64,000 bases of DNA. Source: an uncultured Clostridia bacterium. Its GTDB lineage: Bacteria > Bacillota > Clostridia > Peptostreptococcales > Anaerovoracaceae. A program made the translations under genes and the position numbers. Below are positions 28,672-39,223 of the stretch, piece after piece; the stretch's first letter is position 1, and each line of letters begins with the position of its first letter. The stretch is from NCBI GenBank assembly GCA_938046095.1, contig CALIXS010000026.1:21030-85029 (forward strand), given 5' to 3'. The notes beneath the pieces were generated by a model, which had not been told where the DNA came from, ran no database searches, and saw only the letters and a program-made list of their open reading frames with translations.

Positions 28672-30117
28672 ATGGCTTACATTGACAGAGAACTTGTAGA
28701 GCGCGAGATGAAATACTGGCGGATACCGGGCGCGGCACTTGCCGTGGTCGGAGACGGCATAGAGGAGGAGTTCGAGTGTTTCGGATTTAGGGACAGGGAA
28801 AACGGGCTGCCATTCGATGAAGACACTTTGTTTTGTATAGCGTCGTGCTCCAAGGCGATGACGTCCGCTCTTATCGCAAGGCTCGTTGCGGAAGGAACGT
28901 TAGACTACGACAAGCCCGTGAACAGTTACATACCCGAGTTCGGCCTCTTTGATCCCGACGCGTCGGAGAGCTTCACTCTAAGAGATATGCTTTGCCACAG
29001 GACGGGTTTCGGGGCGCATGACGTGCTTTGGCCGGCGGACAGAGGTGAGCTCGCACGCCGCATGAGATATATCGAGCCGTGCGATACTTTCAGAGGAAGG
29101 TCGCTATACTCGAACGTCATATATGCCCTGATCGGCTATGTCGCGGAATACGTCACGGGAAAGACGTGGCCGGATCTCATGAAGGAATATATTTTTGAAC
29201 CTCTTCACATGGACAGGACTACGTGTACCGCCGAGGGCATAATTCACGACCCCGATATGGCACAGCCATATTACGTCATCGACGGGGAGAACGTAAAGGT
29301 CCCGTTTTGGAACATCGACGGAGGAGGACCTGCCGCATCCGTCAACACGACGATACGCGACTTCGCCAAATGGCTGAGGTTTAATATCGCAGGCGGTGTG
29401 AACGAGGACGGTATAAGGCTCATACCGGAGGGGATTTTCGCCGACATGCATTCTCCGCAGATAGAGTACAAGGATTTTTTGCCTGCCGACAAGTATCCGT
29501 GCGATTCGTACTGCATGGGCTGGAGAGACGGGCAGTACAAAGGTCACAGGTTTCAGAAGCACAGCGGCTGTATAGAGGGCTACTGCTCGTTCCAGATGTT
29601 CATGCCGGACGACCGCATCGGTGTTTTGGTAATGCTGAACATTCAAGGTCCGGCGGCGAGCTTCTCACATTCAATGGCATACACCATAATCGACAAAGTG
29701 CTGAAGCTCGGGAACGAAGACTGGCCGCACCTGTTTCACGATGACGGAGAGAGGGCGCCTCTTTCGAGCTATCTCGGATTTTACACGGACGTCGCATCAC
29801 AGCGTCTGCCGAGATCGCTTGAAGGTCTGCCGATGACAGTGCCGGAGTCGGCGTTTACCGGAGAGTACCTTAATCCGGGACATGGTACCGTCCGCGTATA
29901 TTCGCAGGAGGACAGACTCATGCTGCACTACCGTGACCAGGATCTGCCGCTAAGACATTGGGGTGCCGATGCCTTTATAATGGAGAACGTAAAGGCGGAT
30001 ACGCAGACGATGAAGGTTCCCGTAACGTTCATCAAAAACGAATTCGGCGAAGTGATAAAGGTGGCCATAGGATACGAGCCTCAGGTTGAGGACATAATAT
30101 TTATAAGGAGGGTATAG
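28672..30117 (+). CDS. Serine hydrolase, beta-lactamase/PBP-like (class C fold)
   Basis: 481 aa with SxxK (FCIASCSKAMTSALIARL) and downstream YxN-like elements. Confidence 0.85.
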   Translation: MAYIDRELVEREMKYWRIPGAALAVVGDGIEEEFECFGFRDRENGLPFDEDTLFCIASCSKAMTSALIARLVAEGTLDYDKPVNSYIPEFGLFDPDASESFTLRDMLCHRTGFGAHDVLWPADRGELARRMRYIEPCDTFRGRSLYSNVIYALIGYVAEYVTGKTWPDLMKEYIFEPLHMDRTTCTAEGIIHDPDMAQPYYVIDGENVKVPFWNIDGGGPAASVNTTIRDFAKWLRFNIAGGVNEDGIRLIPEGIFADMHSPQIEYKDFLPADKYPCDSYCMGWRDGQYKGHRFQKHSGCIEGYCSFQMFMPDDRIGVLVMLNIQGPAASFSHSMAYTIIDKVLKLGNEDWPHLFHDDGERAPLSSYLGFYTDVASQRLPRSLEGLPMTVPESAFTGEYLNPGHGTVRVYSQEDRLMLHYRDQDLPLRHWGADAFIMENVKADTQTMKVPVTFIKNEFGEVIKVAIGYEPQVEDIIFIRRV

Positions 30118-30120
30118 AGA

Positions 30121-30579
30121 ATGCTTGCAGTCGGAATAAAGGCGCCCGATTTTTCCCTGCCGGATCAGAACGGCGAGCTGCACAAGCTGTCCGATTACAG
30201 AGGGAAAAAGGTCATTCTGTACTTTTATCCGAAGGATATGACGGCGGGGTGTACCGGTCAGGCCTGCGGCTTTGCCGAGAGATACCCGCAGATACTTGAA
30301 AAGGGAGCCGTGGTTCTGGGAGTCAGCAAAGACAGCGTGGCTTCGCATAAGAAGTTCGAACAAAAATATGAGCTCCCGTTTACGTTGCTTTCGGATCCGG
30401 AGCTCAAGGTGCTCAAAGAATATGACGTCTGGAAGGAAAAAAAGCTCTACGGCAAGGTATCGATGGGAGTAGTCAGGACGACGTACCTTATCGACGAGGA
30501 CGGTGTGATAATAAAGGCAAAGGACAAGGTCAGAGCCGCCGGGAATCCTGCCGATATGCTCGCCGCTCTTTCGGAATGA
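30121..30579 (+). CDS. bcp: Thioredoxin-dependent thiol peroxidase (peroxiredoxin Q / BCP)
   Basis: FYPKDMTAGCTGQACGF peroxidatic Cys motif. 152 aa. Confidence 0.9.
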   Translation: MLAVGIKAPDFSLPDQNGELHKLSDYRGKKVILYFYPKDMTAGCTGQACGFAERYPQILEKGAVVLGVSKDSVASHKKFEQKYELPFTLLSDPELKVLKEYDVWKEKKLYGKVSMGVVRTTYLIDEDGVIIKAKDKVRAAGNPADMLAALSE

Positions 30580-30679
30580 CGCATCGCGGGCCCGGTTTGG
30601 GGACGGCGCGCGGCGAGGAACTCATACCGAGCCGGCAGCGTGTACGGACGCTTTGAAGAGCCTTACAGGTTCAGGGATA

Positions 30680-31204
30680 TCACAATGCGGTTCTGAGCCA
30701 GAAGATAAGCAGGCCTATACCCAATCCGAACACTATGCTGCGGCTTATGCCGCGGCTTTTTATTATAATAAAAAAACCGAGCGGCAGCATGGGTATCCAC
30801 AAATAAGGGATGTAGCCCGCGTATTCCACAGGCACGGCACCTCTTTTGACGGCAAGGAAGACGGCGCCGTATGCAGCGGCCGCCGCTAAAATGCATATGA
30901 AGATACGGGCGAGCTCAATGGCTACCCGCCGTTTAGCTTCGGCGACGGCGCCGTATATCGCCATGATAGCTTTGCCGCGCGCAACGTCGGCATCGTGCTG
31001 CATGCTCGCTTTGCGCTCATATCTTTCGCGTTCCAGTTTTTCCCTGTACTTTTCCGTTTCCGTTTTCGGTGACTCGTTCGGCCTGAGCGGATCCTCTTTG
31101 ATAAGAAGGCTGTGGCCGCAGTATTCGCACACGGCCTGCCTGGCTCCGGGCTTAATCTTGAGCTGAGCGCCGCAGGACGGGCAGGTGAGATCTATGAATT
31201 TCAT
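30680..31204 (-). CDS. Zinc-ribbon membrane protein (hypothetical)
   Basis: N-terminal CPSCGA...CEYCGH zinc ribbon, charged linker, and C-terminal TM helices. Confidence 0.55.
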   Translation of the reverse strand: MKFIDLTCPSCGAQLKIKPGARQAVCEYCGHSLLIKEDPLRPNESPKTETEKYREKLERERYERKASMQHDADVARGKAIMAIYGAVAEAKRRVAIELARIFICILAAAAAYGAVFLAVKRGAVPVEYAGYIPYLWIPMLPLGFFIIIKSRGISRSIVFGLGIGLLIFWLRTAL

Positions 31205-31365
31205 TATTTGCTCCTGTATTTCGATGAGATAAATATATCATATCAGAGCATTGTGTCAAATATTCGTTTACATAATAAAGAAAAGCAGATAAAATAGAGC
31301 TAATCAACCCGTTTTGCCTGTCGGGCCGTTCGCAGTGCCCAGGGCAGTGAAAGGAGAAAACAATA

Positions 31366-32636
31366 TGGGACTGATAAAAGCAGGTCTTGGCACGGTGCAG
31401 GGAGTTCTTGCCGATCAATGGAAAGAATTCTTTTATTGCGATTCGCTCGGCAAGGATCAACTCGTGGTCCGGGGGCAGAAAAGGATAGGGAACCGTTCAT
31501 CAAACACAAAGGGTAATGACAATATCATCTCTAACGGTTCCGGCATCGCGGTTGCGGACGGACAGTGCATGATGATTATTGACCAGGGCAAGATCGTAGA
31601 GGTTTGTGCGGAACCGGGGGAATTCACATACGATTCTTCATCTGAACCCAGCATCTTTGCGGGTGGTTTGGACAGCTCGATAGCCGAAACTTTCAAGCAG
31701 GTCGGCAGGCGTTTTACATACGGAGGAGATACGGCCAAGGAACAGAGGGTCTATTACTTCAATACGAAGGAACTCATGGACAACAAGTTCGGTACGCCAA
31801 ATCCTATTCCGTTCAGGGTGGTTGACAAGAATATCAATCTTGATATCGACGTCGCCGTCCGCTGTTCGGGTGTTTATTCATACAGGATCGCAGATCCTCT
31901 TCTCTTCTACACGCACGTATGCGGCAATGTGGAGAGAGAATACATGAGAGAAGAACTCGATACACAGCTGAAGACAGAGTTTATCAGCGCTCTTGCACCT
32001 GCATTCGGAAAGCTGTCGGCTCTTCAGATAAGACCTAACGAGCTTGCCGGGCACAACGACGAGATAGAGCAGGCGATGAATGAACAGTTGTCACAGGAGT
32101 GGGGCGAGCACAGAGGCCTCAGGATCGTATCAGTTGCGCTCAACCCTGTAACACTTCCTGAGGAGGATGCCGCTCTCATCAAAGAAGCTCAGAGGAATGC
32201 AATACTCAGAGATCCTACGATGGCTGCGGCTACACTGACAGGAGCTCAGGCTGAGGCACTTCAAAAGGCCGCTTCTAACCAAAACGGCGCGATGACCGGA
32301 TTTATGGGTCTCGGAATGGCTATGCAGGCAGGCGGAGCGACAAACACGCAGCAGCTCTTCTCGATGGGTCAGCAAAATCAGGCGGCACAGCAGGGTCAGG
32401 CACCCCAGGTACCTCCGCAAGGTCAGGCACCTCAGCAGAATCCGATACCGCAGGGCGCGGCCGCGGTGGGTGCCGTGGCAGGTTGGACATGTCCTAAATG
32501 TAACACCGTTTCCTCAGGCAAATTCTGCCCTACATGCGGCACGGAAAAGCCTGACGACGGAAAGTGGACATGCCGCTGCGGACAGGTAAACGAAGGAAAT
32601 TTCTGTCCTTCCTGCGGATCCAAGAGGCCGGAGTAA
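31366..32636 (+). CDS. SPFH/band-7 domain protein with C-terminal Gln/Pro-rich linker and double zinc ribbon (COG4260 'virion core protein'-like)
   Basis: MGLIKAGLGTVQGVLADQWKEFF... shows SPFH-like topology. The tail is CPKCNTVSSGKFCPTCG...CRCGQVNEGNFCPSCG. RBS AAAGGAGAAAACAAT before ATG 31366. Confidence 0.75.
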
Positions 32637-32639
32637 GTC

Positions 32640-33728
32640 ATGGCCGATATAAGGGATTTCAAATGTCCTTCCTGTGGAGGAGCGATACATTGGGACAGTA
32701 CGGCTCAGAAAATGAAGTGTCCGTTCTGTGAAACCGAATTTGATATTTCGACGCTTCAGTCCTTTGATGACGACCTGAGGCAGGATGAGAAAACGGACGA
32801 CATGAATTGGCAATCCGGCCCTGAAGCGGAATGGACCGAGGGCGAGACGGACAACATGCGTGTCTATGTGTGTAAGTCGTGCGGAGGCGAAATAATCGGC
32901 GACAAGGATATGGGTGCGTCTTCGTGCCCTTACTGCGGTAATTCCGTAATAGTGCCGTCGCAGTTCAAGGGCGATCTTAAGCCTGATATTCTCATTCCGT
33001 TCAAGCTGAACAAGGAGCAGGCAAAAGACGGACTGCGCCGGCATATGAAAGGGAAACGCCTTCTTCCCAAGGTATTCAAGGACGAAAATCATATAGATGA
33101 GATAAAAGGCATCTACGTTCCTTTTTGGCTGTTTGATGCTCAGGCGGAGGCTGACGCAAGATATAAGGCGGAGCAGGTGAACAGCTGGACCGACTCAAAG
33201 TTCAGATATACCGAAACGAGAGTTTACTCCGTCTCCAGAAGCGGAACGCTGGGGTTCGAGAACGTCGCATGCGACGGTTCATCCAAACTTGATGACAGGC
33301 TGATGGACTCGATCGGGCCGTTCAATTCTGCCGAAGCCGTACCGTTTCAGACGGCGTATCTGTCAGGATATCTCGCCGACCGCTACGACGTGACCGCGGA
33401 TCAGTGCAGGGAAAGAGCAAATGAACGCATCCGCAAATCGACTGCGGATACATTCGTGCGCACGGTCACAGGTTACAGCAGCGTCAGGACGGAAAGCTGC
33501 AGCATAAGACTGAGCAATGCGAGGACGAAGTACGCGCTTTATCCTGTATGGCTTCTCAATACCACTTGGAGGGGGAACCGTTATATGTTCGCCATGAATG
33601 GGCAGACGGGCAGATTTATCGGCGACCTGCCGGAGGATAAGGGCGCTTATGCGCGCTGGTTTGCGTTGATCGGCGGGATCGCCGCCGTCGCAGCACTCGG
33701 GATCCAGTATCTGATATACCTGGTGTAA
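32640..33728 (+). CDS. Zinc-ribbon protein with C-terminal transmembrane anchor (hypothetical)
   Basis: Two N-terminal zinc ribbons (CPSCGG...CPFC; CKSCGG...CPYCG), a large soluble domain, and C-terminal TM WFALIGGIAAVAALGIQYLIYLV. Translationally coupled to the upstream SPFH gene (4-nt gap). Confidence 0.65.
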   Translation: MADIRDFKCPSCGGAIHWDSTAQKMKCPFCETEFDISTLQSFDDDLRQDEKTDDMNWQSGPEAEWTEGETDNMRVYVCKSCGGEIIGDKDMGASSCPYCGNSVIVPSQFKGDLKPDILIPFKLNKEQAKDGLRRHMKGKRLLPKVFKDENHIDEIKGIYVPFWLFDAQAEADARYKAEQVNSWTDSKFRYTETRVYSVSRSGTLGFENVACDGSSKLDDRLMDSIGPFNSAEAVPFQTAYLSGYLADRYDVTADQCRERANERIRKSTADTFVRTVTGYSSVRTESCSIRLSNARTKYALYPVWLLNTTWRGNRYMFAMNGQTGRFIGDLPEDKGAYARWFALIGGIAAVAALGIQYLIYLV

Positions 33729-33740
33729 GGAGGAAGCAAT

Positions 33741-34565
33741 ATGAAAAGAAAAGTGATTATGCTCCTCTCTGTCGTTGCGCTGTGCGTTTTGTTCGCGGGG
33801 ACGGCGCTTGCGGAAAACAAGGATTATGTCGTGGACAATGCCGACATTCTCACCGACTCGGAAGAGGCGGAGCTTGAACAAAAGGCTGCCGAGGTATCGC
33901 AGAGGCAGGGGCTTGATATTGTATTATTGACTGTAAACAGCCTTGAAGGCAAGACTGTCGCCAATTATGCCGACGATTTTTACTTTTTTAACGGTTACGG
34001 GCAGGGAGAGTCTTCGGACGGCGTGATAATGACAGTTGCCATGGATGACCGCAAGTGGGGTATCGAGACGACAGGCTACGGTATTACGGCGCTGACGGAT
34101 TACGGGATGGATCTGATGGACGAGGCGATTGTGCCTTACCTGGGCGACGGCGATTATGTAAAGGCGTTCCGCAAATTTATAGAGATGACGGACGATTACG
34201 TAACCCGGGCGAGGAACGGCAGTCCGGTAGACACGTACGACGAGGACGCGGCGGACAAGTCGTTCCCTTGGGGTATCAGAGCCGCTATCTCCGCCGCTAT
34301 AGGTTTGCTGGCAGGCTTTCTCGGCACGGGCTCGATGAAATCCAAACTGAAAACCGTGTACAGCCTGACAGCGGCGGAAGACAATATAATAAATCAGAGT
34401 CTGTTTCTGAACAAAGAGGCATCGCGCGATCTGTTCCTCTATAATAATATTGTACAGGTTCCGATTGCAACGGATAATAATAACGGAGGTAACAGTTCCG
34501 GCGGCAGTACGACGCATGTATCGAGCAGCGGCATGACACACGGCGGCCACTCCGGTAATTTTTAG
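33741..34565 (+). CDS. TPM-domain protein (TLP18.3/Psb32/MOLO-1 phosphatase-like), secreted with a membrane anchor
   Basis: Signal peptide. TPM-like core (YVVDNADILTDSEEAELEQK...IVLLTVNSL...DDRKWGIETT), TM AAISAAIGLLAGFLG, and a Gly/Ser/Asn-rich tail. Confidence 0.75.
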   Translation: MKRKVIMLLSVVALCVLFAGTALAENKDYVVDNADILTDSEEAELEQKAAEVSQRQGLDIVLLTVNSLEGKTVANYADDFYFFNGYGQGESSDGVIMTVAMDDRKWGIETTGYGITALTDYGMDLMDEAIVPYLGDGDYVKAFRKFIEMTDDYVTRARNGSPVDTYDEDAADKSFPWGIRAAISAAIGLLAGFLGTGSMKSKLKTVYSLTAAEDNIINQSLFLNKEASRDLFLYNNIVQVPIATDNNNGGNSSGGSTTHVSSSGMTHGGHSGNF

Positions 34566-34671
34566 ACGGAATTAAGGATATTTCCGAACAAAACAGGATA
34601 TTTCCGATATTTAATTTCAGGTCCGAAGGCGCAGCTTTCGGATCTGAATTGCTTAAAAGGGGGGGATTACG

Positions 34672-35379
34672 ATGAAACGGGAATCTTCAAAACCGAAAAA
34701 GAAAGGGAAAGACCCTTCACCGAAATACGAGCTTGCGATTTTTGATATGGACGGAACGATACTCGATACTCTGGAAGATCTTGCCGACGGGCTGAATTAC
34801 GCGCTCGGCGAGATGGGATATCCGCAGAGGAGCGCTGCCGAGGCGCGCAGCTTTCTCGGAAACGGTTCGCGCAGGCTGATAGAACTCGGCGTACCGGAGG
34901 GTACGAGTCCGGAGGACATACAAAAAACCCTGAATATATATTTTCCGTACTACATCAGCCATTGTGAAATAAAAACAAAGCCTTATAAGGGAATAAAGGA
35001 AATGCTGGCCGAGCTGCGCCGCATGGGAACGAAGACTGCCGTAGTCTCGAACAAAATGGACAAGGCGGTTCATGAACTCGCGGAGAAATACTTTCACGGA
35101 TGTTTCGATTCTGCTGTGGGCGAAAGGCCGGGCGTGCGCAAAAAACCCGCTCCCGATTCGGTCAACATGGCGATATGCCGGCTCGGAGCCGCGCGTGAAA
35201 AGACGGTCTATATAGGTGATTCTGAAGTTGACGTTGCGACCGCCGTCAATTCGGGACTTGAATCCATAATAGTAACGTGGGGGTTTCGTGACAGGGAGGA
35301 TCTCGAAAAAACGGGAGCCTGCACGATAGTCGATACGGTGGATGAACTCAAAAAAGAACTCGGTATCATACGATACTGA
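34672..35379 (+). CDS. HAD-family hydrolase (phosphoglycolate phosphatase-like)
   Basis: Motif I FDMDGTILDT, motif III K, and motif IV GDSEVDV. Confidence 0.85.
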   Translation: MKRESSKPKKKGKDPSPKYELAIFDMDGTILDTLEDLADGLNYALGEMGYPQRSAAEARSFLGNGSRRLIELGVPEGTSPEDIQKTLNIYFPYYISHCEIKTKPYKGIKEMLAELRRMGTKTAVVSNKMDKAVHELAEKYFHGCFDSAVGERPGVRKKPAPDSVNMAICRLGAAREKTVYIGDSEVDVATAVNSGLESIIVTWGFRDREDLEKTGACTIVDTVDELKKELGIIRY

Positions 35380-35608
35380 ACAATACGCCGCCGAGCACTA
35401 TGCCGCACGCAAGTATTACGAATGCGTTGGTGACGAGCTGTCCGCGGCTGAGCGATTTTGCCCTGAGCTCCTCCAATTTATGCTCGTCTATCGAGTTGAG
35501 AGAACGCAATTTTGATATTTCGACTTCAAGGTCATCGAGCTTACTGTTCAGGTTTGCCAGTTCATCAAGGCGTTCGCCTATTTTTTTATGAAGTTCTTCT
35601 TCAGTCAT
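35366..35608 (-). CDS. Small coiled-coil tail-anchored membrane protein (hypothetical, 80 aa)
   Basis: About 55 aa of heptad-like charged sequence, then C-terminal TM NAFVILACGIVLGGVLFSIV. Confidence 0.5.
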   Translation of the reverse strand: MTEEELHKKIGERLDELANLNSKLDDLEVEISKLRSLNSIDEHKLEELRAKSLSRGQLVTNAFVILACGIVLGGVLFSIV

Positions 35609-35620
35609 TTTGTTCTCCGA

Positions 35621-35863
35621 TTAAAATAATGCCGAAACGGACTGACCGATCACGAGTCCCGCCATGAACAAAGCGACGGCGCCAAGTATTTTCAGCGTGT
35701 GCCACTCTTTGGCGCTTTTTAGCGCACAGAGCTTATCCCTGCCTTCGGCGGCTATTTTATCGTATTCGCGCGACAGGGCGTAATATTTGTCTTTTGCCTG
35801 CGCCAGTCGCTTGTCGAGTCCGGCAAGCTCGCGCTCAAGCTGCTCGTTGCTTTTTTCTGTCAT
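35621..35863 (-). CDS. Small coiled-coil tail-anchored membrane protein, paralog of 35366-35608 (hypothetical, 80 aa)
   Basis: Same architecture and length. Begins MTE.., C-terminal TM ILGAVALFMAGLVIGQSVSALF. Lies 12 bp upstream of its twin. Confidence 0.5.
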   Translation of the reverse strand: MTEKSNEQLERELAGLDKRLAQAKDKYYALSREYDKIAAEGRDKLCALKSAKEWHTLKILGAVALFMAGLVIGQSVSALF

Positions 35864-36189
35864 CGGATGATCCTTTCTTTTTGAAATTATATACCTAAAC
35901 GAGTGTGCGGTGCAATATCAGGAATAAAACCGTATGGAGATGATATAAAAAGGATTTAATAGGATGAAAGGGGCTGAAACGACAGTTCTTTTTTTTAGAG
36001 TAAAGCAATAAAGCGTATCATTTTGCTCCGAAAACTATATGATTTCGCGGTATCGGACATATCGCCGGACAGCGATACATAATGCCCGATTACGACATAG
36101 TATGATTGAAAAAACGGCACGGGAATTGCGTTAATTTTCTACGCAGAAAATATCTTTTGACCGATTAGAAAGGAAAGAAGGACAGAACG

Positions 36190-38157
36190 ATGAAAAAGAA
36201 AAAAATCGTTGCTATCACCGCGTCCGCTATTATGGCGGCCTCGCTGCTTGGCGGCTGCGGAGGCGGAAGCGGAAAAGGCGACAGCACCAACCTGGCGAGC
36301 GGAGAAATGAAGCGCGCCGATGTTCAGGAAATGACGTACGTGTACAGCGATGATATCGAGGATTGGAATTACCTTACGACGACGTCGCACACGCCGGGGA
36401 TGACACTGGATACCCTCGTGGAGTACGATAACTACGGCATTTGCCAGCCTTGTCTCGCAGATAGCTGGGAGCGCTCTGACGACGGCCTTACATGGACGTT
36501 CCATATCCGTAAGGGTGTAAAATGGATGACGTACGAAGCGAAGGCATACGGCGAGGATGTGACGGCGAATGATTTCGTTACGTCGTGCAGATATATTCTC
36601 GACAAGAATAATGCTTCCGCACTCGTCGATATGATGTTTACGATAGCGGGTGCCGAGGAATATTACAGCTCGGATAAGAACGGCAACGATGCCGCATTCG
36701 ACGAGATGGTCGGATGCAGAGCGATCGACGACTATACGCTCGAGTATAAGCTTACCAATCCTATCCCGTATTTCCTTTCCTCCACAACATACAAGAACTT
36801 TATGCCTGCAAACGCAAAGCATATGAAGGAAGAGGGCGACAATTGGTCAACTGACAACAAATCCATGCTGTACTGCGGAGAGTATGTAATGACGGAGTAC
36901 GTCCCGCAGCAGAAGCAGGAATACATTCTTAATCCTGAGTATTGGGATAAGGACAACATGCATATAACGGCCATACACGAGATATACAACGCCGAGGCCG
37001 ATACGGTCGCTCCGGAGATGTTCCTGCGCGGTGAGGTTAATTATGCGGAAATTCCTAATGAGCAGCTTGACGAGTGGCTGAACGATTCGAACAAATTCAA
37101 CAACATCAGACCGTCAAGACCTTCGTTCTACGCGTATTACTGGCAGCTCAACTTCAACCCGCAGTTTGACGCGAAGTATGAGCCGGACAACTGGAAGCTC
37201 GCCGTAAACAACGAAAACTTCAGAAAGTCGCTTCAGTATGCGATGAATCAGGAGGCGATCGTTCAGGTGGACGATCCGTATAACTATAAGCAGCATTTGA
37301 CAAACAGCATTACACCTGAGGGCTTTGTTTCAGCAGACGGCAAGGATTTCACACAGATAGGCCCTCTCAGCGAAGTGAATAACAAGACACTGTTCGATCT
37401 CGAAAAGGCTGCCGATTACAAGGCAAAGGCCATGGAGGAGCTTAAGGCGGCAGGCGCCACCTTCCCTGTCATCATCTATATGCCGTATGATACCGGGGAT
37501 AATCTTTACACTCAGAGAATTCAGCTTGTGGAGCAGATGCTCGAAAAGAATCTCGGAACGGATTATATCGACGTTCAGACTGAGGGCTATCCTGATGACG
37601 GCTTCAGCACCGCGACACAGCGTGCATGCAACTACGCAATGCAGCGCTGCACGTGGATGGCGGACTATCTCGATCCTCTTTCGTATACGGATCCGTTCAG
37701 AATTCTCCAGAACAGAGGTTCGTGCATCTACATGGCCGACGGAATGGCCGATGTATCCGACACGGAGACAGCGGGCTCGTACAAGGGCATGGACGGCAGA
37801 TACTATTCAAATATCGTCTACGACAATATGGTAGCTGAGGCCAATGCAGAGGTAGTCGACATCAACAAGCGTTACCAGAAGTTTGCGGAGATAGAAGCAT
37901 GGCTTTGCTACGAGCACACGTATGTGATCCCTTGCATGAGAGGAGGCACGGGATACGTCGCTTCCAATCTCCTGCCGTTCGAGTCGCAGTTCGCGGCATT
38001 CGGCGCTTCCGATTCCCGTTACAAATACCAGTGGGTATACACAAAGGGAATAAACAGCGAGGAGTACGATCAGGGCTACGAAGCATGGCTTAAGGAAAGA
38101 AATGACAGGATCAAAAAACTCAACGACGAGGGAAAGATATTCGGCGTAGACTTCTAA
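36190..38157 (+). CDS. Peptide ABC transporter substrate-binding lipoprotein (SBP family 5, OppA-like)
   Basis: Lipobox LLGGCGGG. 655 aa with family-5 architecture. Confidence 0.9.
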   Translation: MKKKKIVAITASAIMAASLLGGCGGGSGKGDSTNLASGEMKRADVQEMTYVYSDDIEDWNYLTTTSHTPGMTLDTLVEYDNYGICQPCLADSWERSDDGLTWTFHIRKGVKWMTYEAKAYGEDVTANDFVTSCRYILDKNNASALVDMMFTIAGAEEYYSSDKNGNDAAFDEMVGCRAIDDYTLEYKLTNPIPYFLSSTTYKNFMPANAKHMKEEGDNWSTDNKSMLYCGEYVMTEYVPQQKQEYILNPEYWDKDNMHITAIHEIYNAEADTVAPEMFLRGEVNYAEIPNEQLDEWLNDSNKFNNIRPSRPSFYAYYWQLNFNPQFDAKYEPDNWKLAVNNENFRKSLQYAMNQEAIVQVDDPYNYKQHLTNSITPEGFVSADGKDFTQIGPLSEVNNKTLFDLEKAADYKAKAMEELKAAGATFPVIIYMPYDTGDNLYTQRIQLVEQMLEKNLGTDYIDVQTEGYPDDGFSTATQRACNYAMQRCTWMADYLDPLSYTDPFRILQNRGSCIYMADGMADVSDTETAGSYKGMDGRYYSNIVYDNMVAEANAEVVDINKRYQKFAEIEAWLCYEHTYVIPCMRGGTGYVASNLLPFESQFAAFGASDSRYKYQWVYTKGINSEEYDQGYEAWLKERNDRIKKLNDEGKIFGVDF

Positions 38158-38186
38158 AGTGATCGCCGACCGCAGGGCAACCGGAG

Positions 38187-38222
38187 AATTTTCTTAATCC
38201 GCGCCGTGTCCCGATCCGGGTG
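38187..38222 (+). other. Intercistronic stem-loop between SBP and permease genes (10-bp GC stem ATCCGCGCCG / CGGCGCGGAT)
   Basis: Perfect inverted repeat with no T-tract. Likely an mRNA-stabilising or processing element, as is common downstream of oppA-type genes. Confidence 0.4.
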
Positions 38223-38272
38223 CGGCGCGGATGACATTATCTCCGAAACTCTGAAAGCTAAGGAGAAAATAA

Positions 38273-39223
38273 TTGAAACTTTTTGCTTATATATTGGGTC
38301 GACTTGGAAGATCTCTGATATCGCTTGTCCTTATACTTGTTATCGTGTTCTGTCTCATGAGGCTTCTCCCTACGGAGACGTACTTCGGAGACCGCGTTGA
38401 CAAGATGAGCGAGGAAACTAAAGAAGCGATACTGAAAAAGTACGGACTTACAGACCCTATACCCGTCCAGCTCGCAAAATACATTAAAAGTGTATTCAAA
38501 GGAGATCTGGGCGATTCGATAACATATTATGCGGGCAAGCCGGTCACTGAGGTTATAGCGCCTAAAATCAGCTATTCGCTGAGGTTCGGGATAGTATCAC
38601 TGGCAATTTCGCTCGTACTGGGAATCGGTCTCGGCATGCTTATGGTCCGATGCAGGGGGCATTTGCCGGATCATCTCGGAAACGGATTTATTCTGTTTAT
38701 AAATGCCGTTCCGTCGGCTGTATACTATCTGCTCATTCAGTTCGTAGGGACGAAGCTGCTGAATATCGGCATGCTGTATAAAGAGGGGCATATAGCCACC
38801 TTTATTCTTCCCGTAATATCGATGTCGTTAGGCTCGATCGCATCGTATGCGATGTGGACGAGAAGATACATGCTCGATCAGGTAAATCAGGATTACGTCG
38901 CTTTGGCCAAGGCAAAGGGACTGTCGAGCAAGGAAATAATGTCCAAGCATGTCTGGCGTAATTCCTTTGCCCCTATGGCACAGAATTTGCCGACATCGAT
39001 AATATTTACGATTTCAGGCTCGCTTTACATTGAAAATCTGTATTCGATCCCGGGCACGGGCGGATTGCTTGTGGCTGCGATTCAGGTTCAGGACAATCCG
39101 CTTGTCGAGGCGCTCGTAATGTTCTATGCGGTTCTTTCCGTGATAGGCATGCTTCTGGGCGACCTCGCGATGATGATATGTGATCCGAGAATCAGTCTTA
39201 CGAAGAAAGGAGGAGGACGTTAA
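38273..39223 (+). CDS. Peptide ABC transporter permease (OppB/DppB-like)
   Basis: TTG start with AAGGAG RBS. Six TM helices and an EAA-loop region. 316 aa. Confidence 0.88.
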   Translation: MKLFAYILGRLGRSLISLVLILVIVFCLMRLLPTETYFGDRVDKMSEETKEAILKKYGLTDPIPVQLAKYIKSVFKGDLGDSITYYAGKPVTEVIAPKISYSLRFGIVSLAISLVLGIGLGMLMVRCRGHLPDHLGNGFILFINAVPSAVYYLLIQFVGTKLLNIGMLYKEGHIATFILPVISMSLGSIASYAMWTRRYMLDQVNQDYVALAKAKGLSSKEIMSKHVWRNSFAPMAQNLPTSIIFTISGSLYIENLYSIPGTGGLLVAAIQVQDNPLVEALVMFYAVLSVIGMLLGDLAMMICDPRISLTKKGGGR

